DNA from: Phoronis australis
Lineage: Eukaryota; Animalia; Phoronida
Reading direction: 5' to 3'
Length of the DNA: 64,000 nt
NCBI GenBank assembly: GCA_002633005.1
Contig: NMRA01000023.1
Location: forward strand, 841,345 to 905,344
Positions 48,401 to 59,199 of this stretch are shown one piece after another. A program made the position numbers and the translations under genes. Positions within the stretch are counted from its first letter, which is position 1. The number at the start of each line of letters is the position of its first letter. The notes below the pieces were generated by a model, which saw nothing but the letters and a program-made list of their open reading frames with translations, was not told where the DNA came from and made no database searches.

Positions 48401-51400
48401 GTTCCGTTCATCATGGACTACTTCAAACCTTGACGATGTATCCCAGGACCCATTTGCATCTCTTGCAATTTTCGAAATAAACGTCCCGACCAATGTGTGA
48501 ACGCTTGAAACCCGAAGTACTAACATCAAATAAATGCCCATGGGCATGGGCGTTTCGTCGGGTGGGCCTTTCTGCGGAAATTCCCAGTATAGAAAACCTC
48601 AGTGGTGCTTATTTCACGTAGAAAGACGGTAGGTGTTGAGGTCGGCACTAGGGCTCCATAGAAGGCCCATTGAGCATCGCACTTTGTTGTGAAAATACAG
48701 CCTCCCCGCAATTTCTGGTATTGTGCACTGTTCGCGAATGCGGTCACTTTGTTAATGTGAGGGCCCCCTTGGTCATTCGTTGTATAGTCATAACTTGTTA
48801 GAGTGCCACGATCTTCAAACTCGCGACCAGACCACGGCGCCCGCCACAATAGCAATTCTTTGGAAAACGAGTTTTTTTTCAAAAGTATTACATGTACATG
48901 TACACTGTATGATATTGCGCAAGACAACTTTACAATACACCAGTCAAATTCGAGTTACAAACGAGTGGGGTGTAATAGGATGACACGGCATGACAGATGA
49001 GGTAAAAACGTTGCCCATCAATTCGCCTGAATATCAGGGTTGCGGCACCACAGTATTTCCCCTAATCAAATCAAAACATATCTTAGAGTAAAGAAAGTAT
49101 TTACCTAAAGAAATCAGCTATAGAGCTGCTTTTTCAGCGGTGGATCCATCTAAAATGCTTGGCTACTTCAGAAGTGTCGTCGGAAGCGCGCGCACAATTG
49201 ATCTCCGGGGTTTTGCCGATGAGCCACGAAGACTCGAAACGCGTTGATTTTCATAACAGTAATTCACAATGCAAAAATATATTTTCAGAGTGAACCCCCC
49301 CCCCTCATTTTTTCCAAGTTGGTTTACTCGGGGTTTACACACGCTGGCGGTGCCGTTTTTGTTTTGCTGGAGACGTTTTGTTTTTAATTTTTGGATCCTG
49401 GCCCGAGGGGGGGGGTTAAACCCCCTGAACCCCCCCGTAGATCCGCCACTGCCCGCAGACACGAAACACTTCGAGGGATAATTTGAGGCTATGGGAATAC
49501 AACATGCTACCCTGATGAAACTACATGTATGGTATGGTTTGCAGAAGTTCGAATCTATGGATCATCAAGTGCGCGAACCTCAATTGAAAAAGTTACCTGC
49601 ATAACTTACACAGCCACACAATCTGTGAACAGACTCAAATTAATGTCAAGAGGAGGTCGCATTGCAGTCACCCAAATATCAAAATTAATTTTGAACAATA
49701 TTCAATATTGAATGTTAAAATAAATGTATTTTCAGATGCCAAAGATGAGTTCAATATTGAGAAGGGGACCATCACGTTTGGTGCTAAATACGACATAACA
49801 AGCGTTATGCAGTACGGACCAAAGGCGTGGAGCAAGAATGGAAAATACACCATAACTCCTAAGAATGGTTCGCCGTCTGATTTCGGTCCAAGGGAATCGC
49901 TGAGCAACACGGACATATTTAAAATCCAAGCCATGTACAAGTGTAAAAATACTGGTGGCGGATCGTGGACGACACCTCAGCCTGGGAAAGGTATGCCTTC
50001 GAATGTGCCGTTTAGCAGTGCTGTACGCCTACATAAATGTATACATTGCTGACTATGCCTAGTGCACCAATACTTGATATCCACTGCCGCGATCGTCTCA
50101 TCTCGGGGCCCATCACTCGTGAACTATTGACCACTGCATCAACCAGACTTCAAAGCTGATATACGTACACCTTTCACAGCTTTTCCCATTTTCTTTTTAA
50201 AGAGGCCTGGAACGCGATAACCAGACTAATTGCCCATTAAAACGGTTCTCTTTTACTGAATCGGATCTCAACGTGCTCACCAGGCACTTTTAGGGATTTT
50301 TTTGTAAAGATTTTTAATTTCTGTTGATTCCAAAGCATTTCGTTTAGTTTCAAATTTCAAAAAAACGATCTGTCAGCTCCTCATCACTTCCGTCAATTTT
50401 TCTCCCACAATGCAAAGCACGTCCACTCGTTTGGTACGGCAAGACATACATGTAGTACATTTCCCTGATATGTAAAACGTGACCTTTGACTTAAAGCAAC
50501 TGACTGTGAGCGCATGCGCGGATTTATTATGAGTGGGAGGGAGATTAGAAACTCTGTACTAACCACAAAGTTTTTTCTTCGACCGTATTTCAAAACTTGT
50601 GAATTTTGTGATTTTTCTTGACATTTCCTCACAGGAGAAAGTGAATTACTCTGTACTAGACGTTGCGTGATGGTACTTTCGTCTGGAATTGTTTAAAACG
50701 TATTTTGGCGAGCTTTCGCGCTCCATGCCTCAACATTATCAAGAAAACGTTAAGGAAACGAACAAAACGTCGCATCATTTTCCGATCGTGAAATGTTTTT
50801 TACAGATCTGTACAACACTCAAACTTCAGAATAAGAATACGGTTGATTAGCTCAGTGATGGGTAAAATGCGTGCAGGTCTGGTTCTCTTCTTCTCTTCTT
50901 CTGGGTACAGAAAGTCGTCCCGCTGTGAACATGCTCCGTCATCGTGTCAGCACATGTTCGGAGTCGCCTTCTCCTAAACTGGTTGCCTTCTAAGGCTGAT
51001 GAGCCCAGTCTGTCAGATTTTAATGTCCGATTTGTCCTTCTCATAGGTGACAGGAACAATGTTTTTACAGGGTAAGGGAGTTGGCCTTACCCTCAACCCT
51101 AGAATGACTTTAGGGAGTGTTTGGGGTGCATTTCGTCTCATCTCCACCTTACGAACTGCCCGGCATGGATAGCCCTGCCAGGAGTTTTTAAACTCACGCC
51201 GGTAAAGCTATAAAAGTGACGGAGGTTCACAAGCTGTACCGACACGACAAGGCATACATGTACACCCCAGGAACAGACTTCGCCCAAAAGACCAGACTAA
51301 ACTACATGGCTGGAAATGCTGAAGAAGAAGAAGAAGAAGTAAAAGAAGCTCAGCGATTAGGTTTACTACAGTAAACATTTAAAAATACCTGGATTTTCCG

Positions 51401-54400
51401 TGGTTAAGCTCACCCGATGAAACGCTCATGGCCGTTTATTCGGAAAATTATACCGAATAAACGCCGGTGAGAGTTTTTTGATGTTACAACTTCTGGTGTC
51501 AAGTGTCCAGATAGTGGGGCGTGTATTAGGAAAAGTTGCTCATAAAGGCCTTTTCAGCGTCAACTTTTAGTCACGAATTCAGTTTTGTGGAGCACTGATT
51601 ATTTATAAAAACGACCAGTGTTGGCGAACTATACATTTATTAACACAAAATTTAAAACACGGTTTAAGTAAAAAATTCAAAATCACTACACCTCTTAATC
51701 TAGGCCTACGTGTATTTAGATCACGTTGGCATTTGCGTAACCAAAACTATGATCTTCCGTGTAAAAGCTTCCTTTTCCGAATAAACGCCCGGATGTTTAT
51801 TTGGTGTTACTAAAACGCCTGAAAATTTTCATTTTCCGAAAAATACGCCCATATGGGCTTACCTACAGAAAATTCCCGGTAGACATAGACGTCAAAGGGT
51901 TGATGGCAATTATACCTACGTATTGTTAGTAAAACTGTTAAAAAACTGATATTAACATTCTTGTTACAGTTTCGAATATTAAAACAAGAGGCGGTAATGC
52001 CGGAGGCAAACCATGCGTGTTCCCATTTGTCTACGGTGGGTTCACCTATAACCAATGCACGGATGTTGATGAGGACGAGCTCTGGTGTGCCACAACACCA
52101 AATTACGACGTGGACAGTGAATATGGTTTCTGCATACTCAATGGTGGAGGCAGTGTAAACACCAAAAAACCAACTTCTACAAAAGGTAAATCACCCATAA
52201 CCCTACAAACGTATTTGGTAACACAACAATCTTGAGAGCACACAACAACTCAACAGCAGGGTGTCAAACTTAGACCATCTGCTTTACGTTTAATGTTCGT
52301 AAGAAATTATGTGAAGTATCCGGTGTTTGGAGAACAACAAAGCCATAGAGCCAGGATCTAACTCTCCGAAATCAGACTGGACTCAGACTCAAATTCGAAA
52401 CTAACCAATCATGCTGCATGATTTGAGTAAAACACGCAAGTTTGCGCGATGTGCACCCAGCCATCGTTGAATTTTGGTGTCTAGTTTCGACGGAGTACAG
52501 AGATTAAACCCAGGGCCTTCGTTCTCCTTTTGGCCACAGCTCACTTGCACAGCACAACCGAAAGTCAAAACTGTATCGGTAATTTACCATGTACTGAACT
52601 GAATTTTGATTTTGAACTGACCATTGGACCCCAATATACTCCTGCAATATGGATAAATCTATTCAGAGCACGCTTTTGATGGTGGCAGCTCTACACGCGC
52701 TTCGTTTGCACAAACAAACGATGGGCAAACACTAATCCATATATTCCATAGCGAGAACCAACACCGGAACCTGACAAACGAATCCCACGCAAGCACGGCA
52801 TAACCTCAGCCACGTGTTATCGAAGCTGGCATTCACAGTTCTATGTTAAAACCAAATACATGTATTACTACGCCTGTAGAAATCTACATACACATGTATA
52901 ACAAAACGTTGAAGATGAATGTCACAAAATCCGATTACCTACATACAAATGCCAAGTAGGTGGAATAAATGTTTGTGTATGTTTTAGTTTCAAATATCAA
53001 GACCACGGGCGGTAACGCTGGCGGCAAAAGATGCGTGTTTCCTTTCATTTACAACGGAAAGTCGTATTCCAAATGTACGGATGTTGACGAAGACGACTTC
53101 TGGTGTGCCACTACCCCCAGTTATGATGACGATCAGGAATACGGATTTTGCATTCTAACAGGCGGGTCTGTGACCACAAAGACATCGACGTCGGGTAAAG
53201 GTAATCTCCCAGTATGCTTTCACAAACGAATGGTGCCTTTACACTGGTACATGTATCTCTGTCGTTCACCGCTTTCTCCAATGGGGCCTGCATGTATTCG
53301 TAAAGGAGAATGCCGCCAAAAACAAACAAATTTGTATCGAATTAGATTGAGTGGTTCCACTCGATATCGGCTAGTTCAGTTCATTTACCTGACAACAGAC
53401 AGCAGACTGGGGTGCTGTAATTAGCCAATGACGTCATAGGTTCTAACACAGTCCTTTCAGCAGTTCATAAAACGCTTACTGGTGTCAGCTTATCGCTTGA
53501 CATCATCACTTTGCACCAGTAAATCATTAAATTTGATGCAAAACCCGTGCAAATACATTAATAGTACATGTACAGAGTTCGGTAGGCCAAGTTACTGAGG
53601 TCAGTCGCGGGAAGTTTGGATCTGTTCGGTGGTAAATTAGATTTAAATTATTCTTTGTAAAATACAGACAAAAAGCATAGTCGTGTGTTGATATTTTAGA
53701 TTGGCATTTTTTTCTGTTTCTGTTTTAAACACACAAAACACTAGTTTTAACGCTAGTGCTAGGAACCCGATTTGGCCCGTCACCGGCGGCCGGACTGGAG
53801 ACGTCACAGACGTAAACCATTCGGGTTAGTACGGCTGCCAACGTTGAAAATTAAATTTCCAGTCACAAAAAACGCTAGATTAATTAACCAAATAAATAAT
53901 TTGCAGTGAATATTTTGGTAAAACGCCGAATACATGTATTTGCAAATCTACTTACCCGTCGGAGGCCGCGAAGCCAGGTCCCCCTTCCACAGATAACCGT
54001 ACAGGGCAAAAGATGTGCAATAACAATGATTCGAATAATATAAATATGCAGGTGTATCTAAAAAAGATTCCCCTATCATGTGACCATAGCATATAAAATC
54101 GAGTCCTTGTTTCACAACAACTTTCTCTCAGCAAACACTGACTTAGCATGCGCTCAAACGGCCTCGTGTGCCCGCTCAATTAGTTTTATTCCATCTGAAG
54201 CCGGTAACGCGCTATGATTTATTCAATGTTAGCCTCTCAAAACATTTACACTCAAGTACATTTCAAATTCACTACAAAATGTTTCTACTGGGACAGTTTC
54301 TCGAGACACTTTGGTTCAGTTTTACTAAACGTTGGTGAGGGTGAGAATAATTCATTCTGAAACAAAGCAATGCCGGCCACTGAGAGGGAGATATTTCACG

Positions 54401-54991
54401 GCCTCATACTTGTTTACTAACGGCGTGCTTTTCATTCTTTGCTGTCGCAAACCACTTTCGGTATACCCGCTTTCCTCGCAGCTTCATGGTTCGCACAAGC
54501 GGGAACGATACGCCACACCATAGCGGCACACATTCGGCTGAAGAACCACTGACGTGGCTGCGTCGTGTACTCACCTTCCTCACAAGTTAATGCGACACCT
54601 CTAGGCGAGGTGAGATCGACCGTACGAGGTGATGTGGATGTAAACCGATTAAGACGGTATAAAAAACGAAATAAATCTGGCGGCATTCTCCTTTAGTCGC
54701 TTATTTAATGAAAATGATTGTCATGAAGACCACGCTAAAGCTGTTTCAGCACTGATAATGCTTTGTACAGTACAACCAAATCTACTTTCTTTTAACGAGG
54801 TGTGTTCCAAAAAACAACCCCCCCGTTGAGACTTCAGCACAAACGTCTGGTTAACAAGTATTGTTAATCGTGATAAAACGTATTATTGTTAACCTGATGG
54901 GAAAATGTAGTCCTAAGCACAAGTTATAGAGAAATGATACGCTAATATTAATTGATATATCAATAAGGAAAATACAAAGATAAAGTCAAAG

Positions 54992-55036
<45 letters not shown>

Positions 55037-55348
55037 CGTGTGTGCATGCGTGATTGCGTGTGTGTTTACAATACAAGTATATACATGCAATAAACACATA
55101 AATATGCAAATACTCACGCACGCACACACATGAATGTCACTTTGTGTCTTAAACTTTAAGTAACTGTCACCTTCACTAATCTTTCAGTTTTGACTAAAGG
55201 TGGAAATAGCAACGGCGCACCGTGCGTATTTCCGTTCGTCTATAGAAACAAGACTTACAAGAAATGCACCACAGTCAACGATGATAAGCCGTGGTGTGCA
55301 ACGACATCCGACTACAAAAAAGACAGGAAATATGGCTATTGTGTATAA
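36388..55348 (+). CDS. Secreted astacin-family (M12A) zinc metalloprotease with three fibronectin type II domains; join(36388..36462,36854..36869,37340..37375,37744..37775,38267..38342,39452..39575,39830..40008 [or 40303..40481],49736..49990,51970..52185,52988..53200,55188..55348), ~460 aa
   Basis: Signal peptide MKPTIALFFLTVFARSLGA; propeptide YQGDM (astacin F/YxGD aspartate-switch motif); basic site RKR|N; RWPNGVVPY; zinc motif HEMMHALGFYHEQAREDRD; Met-turn YDITSVMQY; three FN2 modules GGN.GG.PCVFPF...C...WCATT..YD....YGFC. All boundaries GT-AG and phases consistent. Confidence 0.93.
36854..36869 (+). CDS. Astacin micro-exon 2 (16 bp)
   Basis: tcttgtttcag|GTTGGAGAAAATGACG|gtaagt; VGEND; supplies the required phase change 0 to 1. 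Confidence 0.75.
37340..37375 (+). CDS. Astacin micro-exon 3 (36 bp; 24 bp with the alternative donor at 37363)
   Basis: ttttttctcattccag|AT; DGANKLDVGEYG; phase 1-1. Confidence 0.6.
37744..37775 (+). CDS. Astacin micro-exon 4 (32 bp, aspartate-switch motif)
   Basis: ttttcttccag|AA...AGG|gtaagt; HYQGDMVLPR. Confidence 0.85.
38267..38342 (+). CDS. Astacin exon 5
   Basis: KRNGEASSRYRWPNGVVPYVLSSAI. Confidence 0.92.
39452..39575 (+). CDS. Astacin exon 6
   Basis: GSNERAKLQQAFEYYKTKTCTTWVPRSGQRDYILFTADKDDG. Confidence 0.92.
39830..40008 (+). CDS. Astacin exon 7 (zinc-binding), copy a
   Basis: CWAHVGKHGGKQKINLAPSCFNSFGTIVHEMMHALGFYHEQAREDRDQYVTIHWENIRD. Confidence 0.9.
40303..40481 (+). CDS. 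Astacin exon 7, copy b (near-identical, likely allelic assembly duplicate)
   Basis: Same exon 473 bp downstream across the N at 40046; one K-to-T change. Confidence 0.7.
40800..40995. repeat. Degenerate ~16-bp minisatellite (gggttctatgtgtccc)
   Basis: About ten imperfect tandem units. Confidence 0.75.
41096..42230 (+). mobile_element. Kolobok-type transposon, copy 3 (right end missing)
   Basis: TTAA|AGGAGAATGCTACCC start; colinear with copy 1 until ~42230. Confidence 0.85.
43170..43620 (+). repeat. Interspersed repeat X, diverged partial copy
   Basis: Shares gggcgaaaacttgccgactgatgcgtcgctg and downstream blocks with 14400-14880. Confidence 0.7.
45320..45800 (-). mobile_element. 3' remnant of a CR1/L2-like LINE ORF2
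   Basis: Frameshifted pieces INNWNSLPASVKESNSFTSIKNNFK and LNSDKFSHNISNVSPNCKCGNHQSYPHVFFKYP, typical of CR1-clade C-termini. Confidence 0.65.
46749..49451. mobile_element. 2.7-kb hAT-like non-autonomous transposon with 6-bp target duplication, in astacin intron 7
   Basis: Perfect 16-bp TIR cagtggcggatctacg / cgtagatccgccactg, flanked by cccgca on both sides (46743-46748, 49452-49457). Confidence 0.88.
49736..49990 (+). CDS. Astacin exon 8 (Met-turn and end of catalytic domain)
   Basis: DAKDEFNI...YDITSVMQYGPKAWSKNGKYTITPK...LSNTDIFKIQAMYKC. Confidence 0.93.
50201..50800 (+). mobile_element. Left end of a probable second TTAA-flanked (Kolobok-like) family; another end at 63267
   Basis: TTAA|AGAGGCCTGGAACGCGATAACCAGACTAATTG versus TTAA|AAAGGCCTGGAACGCGATAAACAGTCTAAAT. 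Right boundary not found. Confidence 0.45.
50885..51275 (-). mobile_element. Short non-autonomous RTE-clade retroposon (5' UTR joined to a purine-repeat tail)
   Basis: Minus strand reads tgccttgtcgtg...ctcctggcagggctatccatgccgggcag...ccctgtaaaaac...ggcaaccagtttaggagaagg...(gaa)-rich tail, motifs I recall from RTE 5' UTRs. Confidence 0.5.
51970..52185 (+). CDS. Astacin exon 9, FN2 domain 1
   Basis: VSNIKTRGGNAGGKPCVFPFVYGGFTYNQCTDVDEDELWCATTPNYDVDSEYGFC; phase 1-1. Confidence 0.93.
52988..53200 (+). CDS. Astacin exon 10, FN2 domain 2
   Basis: VSNIKTTGGNAGGKRCVFPFIYNGKSYSKCTDVDEDDFWCATTPSYDDDQEYGFC; phase 1-1. Confidence 0.93.
53304..54692 (-). mobile_element. Kolobok-type transposon, copy 4 (older, diverged)
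   Basis: gtaa|AGGAGAATGCCGCC ... GGCGGCATTCTCCT|ttag; each flank is one mismatch from TTAA; colinear with copy 2. Confidence 0.8.
54995..55065. repeat. (TG)n microsatellite
   Basis: About 19 perfect TG units followed by an imperfect extension. Confidence 0.95.
55188..55348 (+). CDS. Astacin exon 11 (terminal), FN2 domain 3
   Basis: VLTKGGNSNGAPCVFPFVYRNKTYKKCTTVNDDKPWCATTSDYKKDRKYGYCV*; this frame is missing from the ORF track. Confidence 0.92.
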
Positions 55349-55388
55349 AATTGTCCTGTGTATACGAATTATACCTCAATTAAAGAAG

Positions 55389-55399
55389 AATAAAATAAA
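55389..55399 (+). terminator. Polyadenylation signal(s) of the astacin gene
   Basis: Overlapping AATAAAATAAA about 40 bp after the stop codon. Confidence 0.7.
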
Positions 55400-58300
55400 A
55401 CTACATGTATATCGCTTACGTCATTTCCTGCCCTTTATCTATTGAACGTAGCGCAAAAGTACATGTACGCGTTCTCTGGGTTGTTTCTTTAAGGCACGCA
55501 ACGTACTGTAGTCGGGGGGTCATTAATAAGTATTAACCTGCCAAATGATGTGCATGCAACTAAATATTTGCGTGAGCATCGCGTTTCTACAGTGCTTATT
55601 GAAGAAGGCGCACACCCCCGAAATGTACAGTACCTCGAATGACCGTGAAAGAGGTTAGCATTACAATTACTTTAAACTAAGAAGCTTCACGTCTGTGTTA
55701 CTACCTAATGCACAGTATGTGACCATCTGGACAGAGTTTCATAGAAAGTCTCAGCGAATCAAAACCTTTGTAACCTAATGAAAGGAACAATATCAGATAT
55801 TTGTAAGTTCACAGAAAATCTCAGAGAATCAACATTAATGCTTTCTACAACAATAAATCCCTTTGTTCATCGTTTTTTATAATTTTCTGTGTAATCAGAA
55901 AAGACATTGATAGTGTGGACTCAGCTGTCTGTTTTGTTGTTTCTCAGGCATCTACTGCTGTATTAGCACAACCGATATCGCTTGTACAAATTACTTATAT
56001 TTCATGCCCAGGGCTAGCTGGCCATATAGATGTAGCCAAGTCGTGATAGCCAAGGACTAAGAGTAATTATAGACTGTGTTAACATTAATCTTCAAACTTC
56101 TTAATCGCAAAGTCTTTAGTTTGTGTCCATCATTCGCTATTTTGAGTGCGTAGTTACAGTGTTCAGAGGAATATTTATCAGGGGTTTATCTCCAGCAAGT
56201 TTCATGCACCACAATCTGTAGGATCGAGAACCTTCATATCTGGGGATGCTCCCAGGTGGGACAAAGAAAAATTAATAGTCAGGCCATACACTGTACATGT
56301 ACATGCAGTTATGACACGTAGTTTCAGACTAAGAATTTAGCTGCCCCCATGTCTTATTTATTGCAACCATTTGTATCGGTTACTCACTCAGTAAACAAGC
56401 GGCGAAGTAGCCGTGATTTACTCTAGGGATGAAAAATGCCTTTAAAAACTGATGGTGTCAGACAGTGATTTCTGATGTCCTGTCAAATTTTTGTCATTTT
56501 TCTGCCGCTCAGTTTCAGTAGCCATGTCTCCAGTTACCATGAAACCCGTAAATACATCATGTTCTGATTAAACTCAAAACAAAATTAAGAAGGAGTTCTT
56601 GTTCCGGTAGTGCGAAAATGGATATGGTGAAGTATACATGCATGTACATGTAGAAGTCTCTCACCAGGCGTTTGTTGATAAGATAACACAAACATGAAAG
56701 GTACAGCTCCGCATATACAGTCTGAGAGAGTGAGATGGCTGTGCAGCCGATCACTACATGTACATGTAAATATATTGACTGTATCTATTGGGAGTGGGTA
56801 TACAATCTAATACGGGCGTTTAAAAGTGAACATTTAAAAATTGTGTGTTGGCTATATTTTCATCACAATTGGAAACGGCAAACACAAAAAACAACCTAGT
56901 AGTAACACTGTAATAAATGAAAACACAACAAATTGAAACAAATTTAATCCTAATTAAATGACAAAATATTGATTAATTCCGCTGCACGGAGCATCAATTT
57001 TTTCAATGATTTCAGATTAGCTGCGGTTTGATACTCTTTTTCCCAGTGTAAGGCGAAACACTGCGAATTGTTGTAACATGGCTTCTCGTTGAGTAGCTTA
57101 ACTTTTGCCTTCGCTAAGACGGACGTAGGGATGTTACTGCAAACGCGTCGACTTTTAGGACAACGAAAACTCGGCAACTGACACGAAGTTGATATTTTTC
57201 ATGTCCAAGGACTGCCCAATACAAGCCATGTTAATCAACTGCGTGAAATTGAACGCCAACACACGTGCGCTCTCCTTTCGCGCTGCGATAAAATTTTTAG
57301 TTTTACCGTAGACACCCTTGCGGTGGAAATGGCGCTGCAAAAGATAGCACAGTAGTAGTGGTTTTAATGTCCCTTTCCTGTGAAATTGGAAGCAACGTTT
57401 TTAAAGCTCTCCTTCCAATTTTGTGAAGAATGCACTCGCGCATATTTTTAGATTTTTTGGGGGTACGTCACCTGGGGGTACAGTTGTATATTGACCTAGC
57501 ATTCTCGTTCAGGGTTTGCGGAACTGCGGTGTCGTCGGAAATGTATGAGTAGACGCCAGATGTGAAAAGTGTCGGGGTACACATGAAATCATATCAGTAT
57601 TCGCACGAGATAGCACTGACTTCCCTGGATCTGGGCCATATCGGTTTCTTGTTTCCTTTGTAGACCTGAACTTGTCGACTGATGAGCCGTGAGATTCTGT
57701 GGTTGCCCGAAAAGAACTCAATATTTGCAAGGTTGCTCCATGGGTCCGTTCTGCAAATGAAAGAGACTAGCAAAAGGGTTTCACTCAAGGCCATTTAGAG
57801 TGTTTCCAGTCAAAAGTTATTTTGCGAGTATGCTAGAAACCTTACTAACGTTCCATAACGGAATGGCGGCTTCTGAGGTGATTTGTAGGAGTTTCGTTAC
57901 TTCTGAACGTTCAGGGTGCCCGGCAAGTGCTTGGGGGATCCTGGGCTCCATTCCTACCGTTGTTTCGACACTACTAGCGATTCTGTATCTTGACACTACT
58001 AGCGACTCTGTATCAAGCTTTCAAACAAAAAGTTTAGTCTTGTTTTCAACGAAGTTTGTGTCTAACTCGTACAAAAAGCAGGCAAATCGTCCACCAGTCA
58101 ATCAATAAAAGTGTACATTTTCTGTAAAACAGATCTGAGATTATAAATTGACGTTTTATATTCTTGTGCCGTTATTTTATTACGTTAGCATTTTTAACTC
58201 AAAATTTCATTTTTATAAATATACATTCATAGCAAAATAACCCCTGATCGACTTTAATGAAACCTTTCTTTCGATTACCCATTTGGTTTTGTTTCTTAAT

Positions 58301-59199
58301 GAATTCGTTAGGCGTTATTGTAAAAATAGCAGCCGTATTCGCCTATCTTACCGTTACGAAAATGAAAGCGTTTGAATATTTTGAGATTGATGAATAGATA
58401 TCAAAATTGGAATGTTTCAGTGAAATTCACAACGCCGTTTTCAATAACTCGTGTTTCTAATTTCAAATTAAGCCGATTTGACAAAGTCGAGAAAACTGAG
58501 TAAAAAACGACGCGAGTGTTCGAAATCTGTAGGTTATCACTTTGTTGAAAACACGGCCAAACTTTTTGTTTGAAAGCTTCGCATACAACTGCTCGTAGTG
58601 TCGAAACGATCCCCTTTCTGTAAGTGTGCAGAAATTTAGCAGAACACCGAGAGACATAACAAACAAACAAATGAAAACACTAGCTATATTTCGAGACTGC
58701 GTGCCTCATCACCAGGCAATAAGTGGAATGAGCATACGCGAAGCGAAATAAACAGTGAACTAAATATACATGTACGTGACAGAAAGAAGAGAGTGTGAAT
58801 GGATCACACGGTAGGAAGACCAAAAGCATAACGAAACCGAGGCAGCGTGCTGTACACACCTGTGAGCTGCTCATTCAACACAGGTTTTTCGTGACTGACC
58901 AAAAAGGATGCCGACACCTGTAACTTCTATATGATATATACACTGAATTTGAGAGAGGACAAATGACTGAAACGAAGGCAGGGACAACTATGATGACAAC
59001 ATACACAAGTAGGTGATGTGATTTTGCCCGAAGTCATCATAACCACCCGCCCCCTTTAGGCTACTTGGAATATCGTTGGATGAAAAATGACTAACGAAGT
59101 TCTGCGTTGTTTGAGGAAGAGAACCTGGTCCTGGTTTGGTGACTGTTTTTAACGAGTAATCTGTTACTACATGTAAATAAATAAATTGGCACTTTATTG

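Noticed and set aside
47944-48983. ORFs of 60-150 aa inside the hAT-like element as a transposase or captured gene
   Set aside because: No DDE, BED-finger or dimerisation motifs are recognisable and the frames are short and overlapping.
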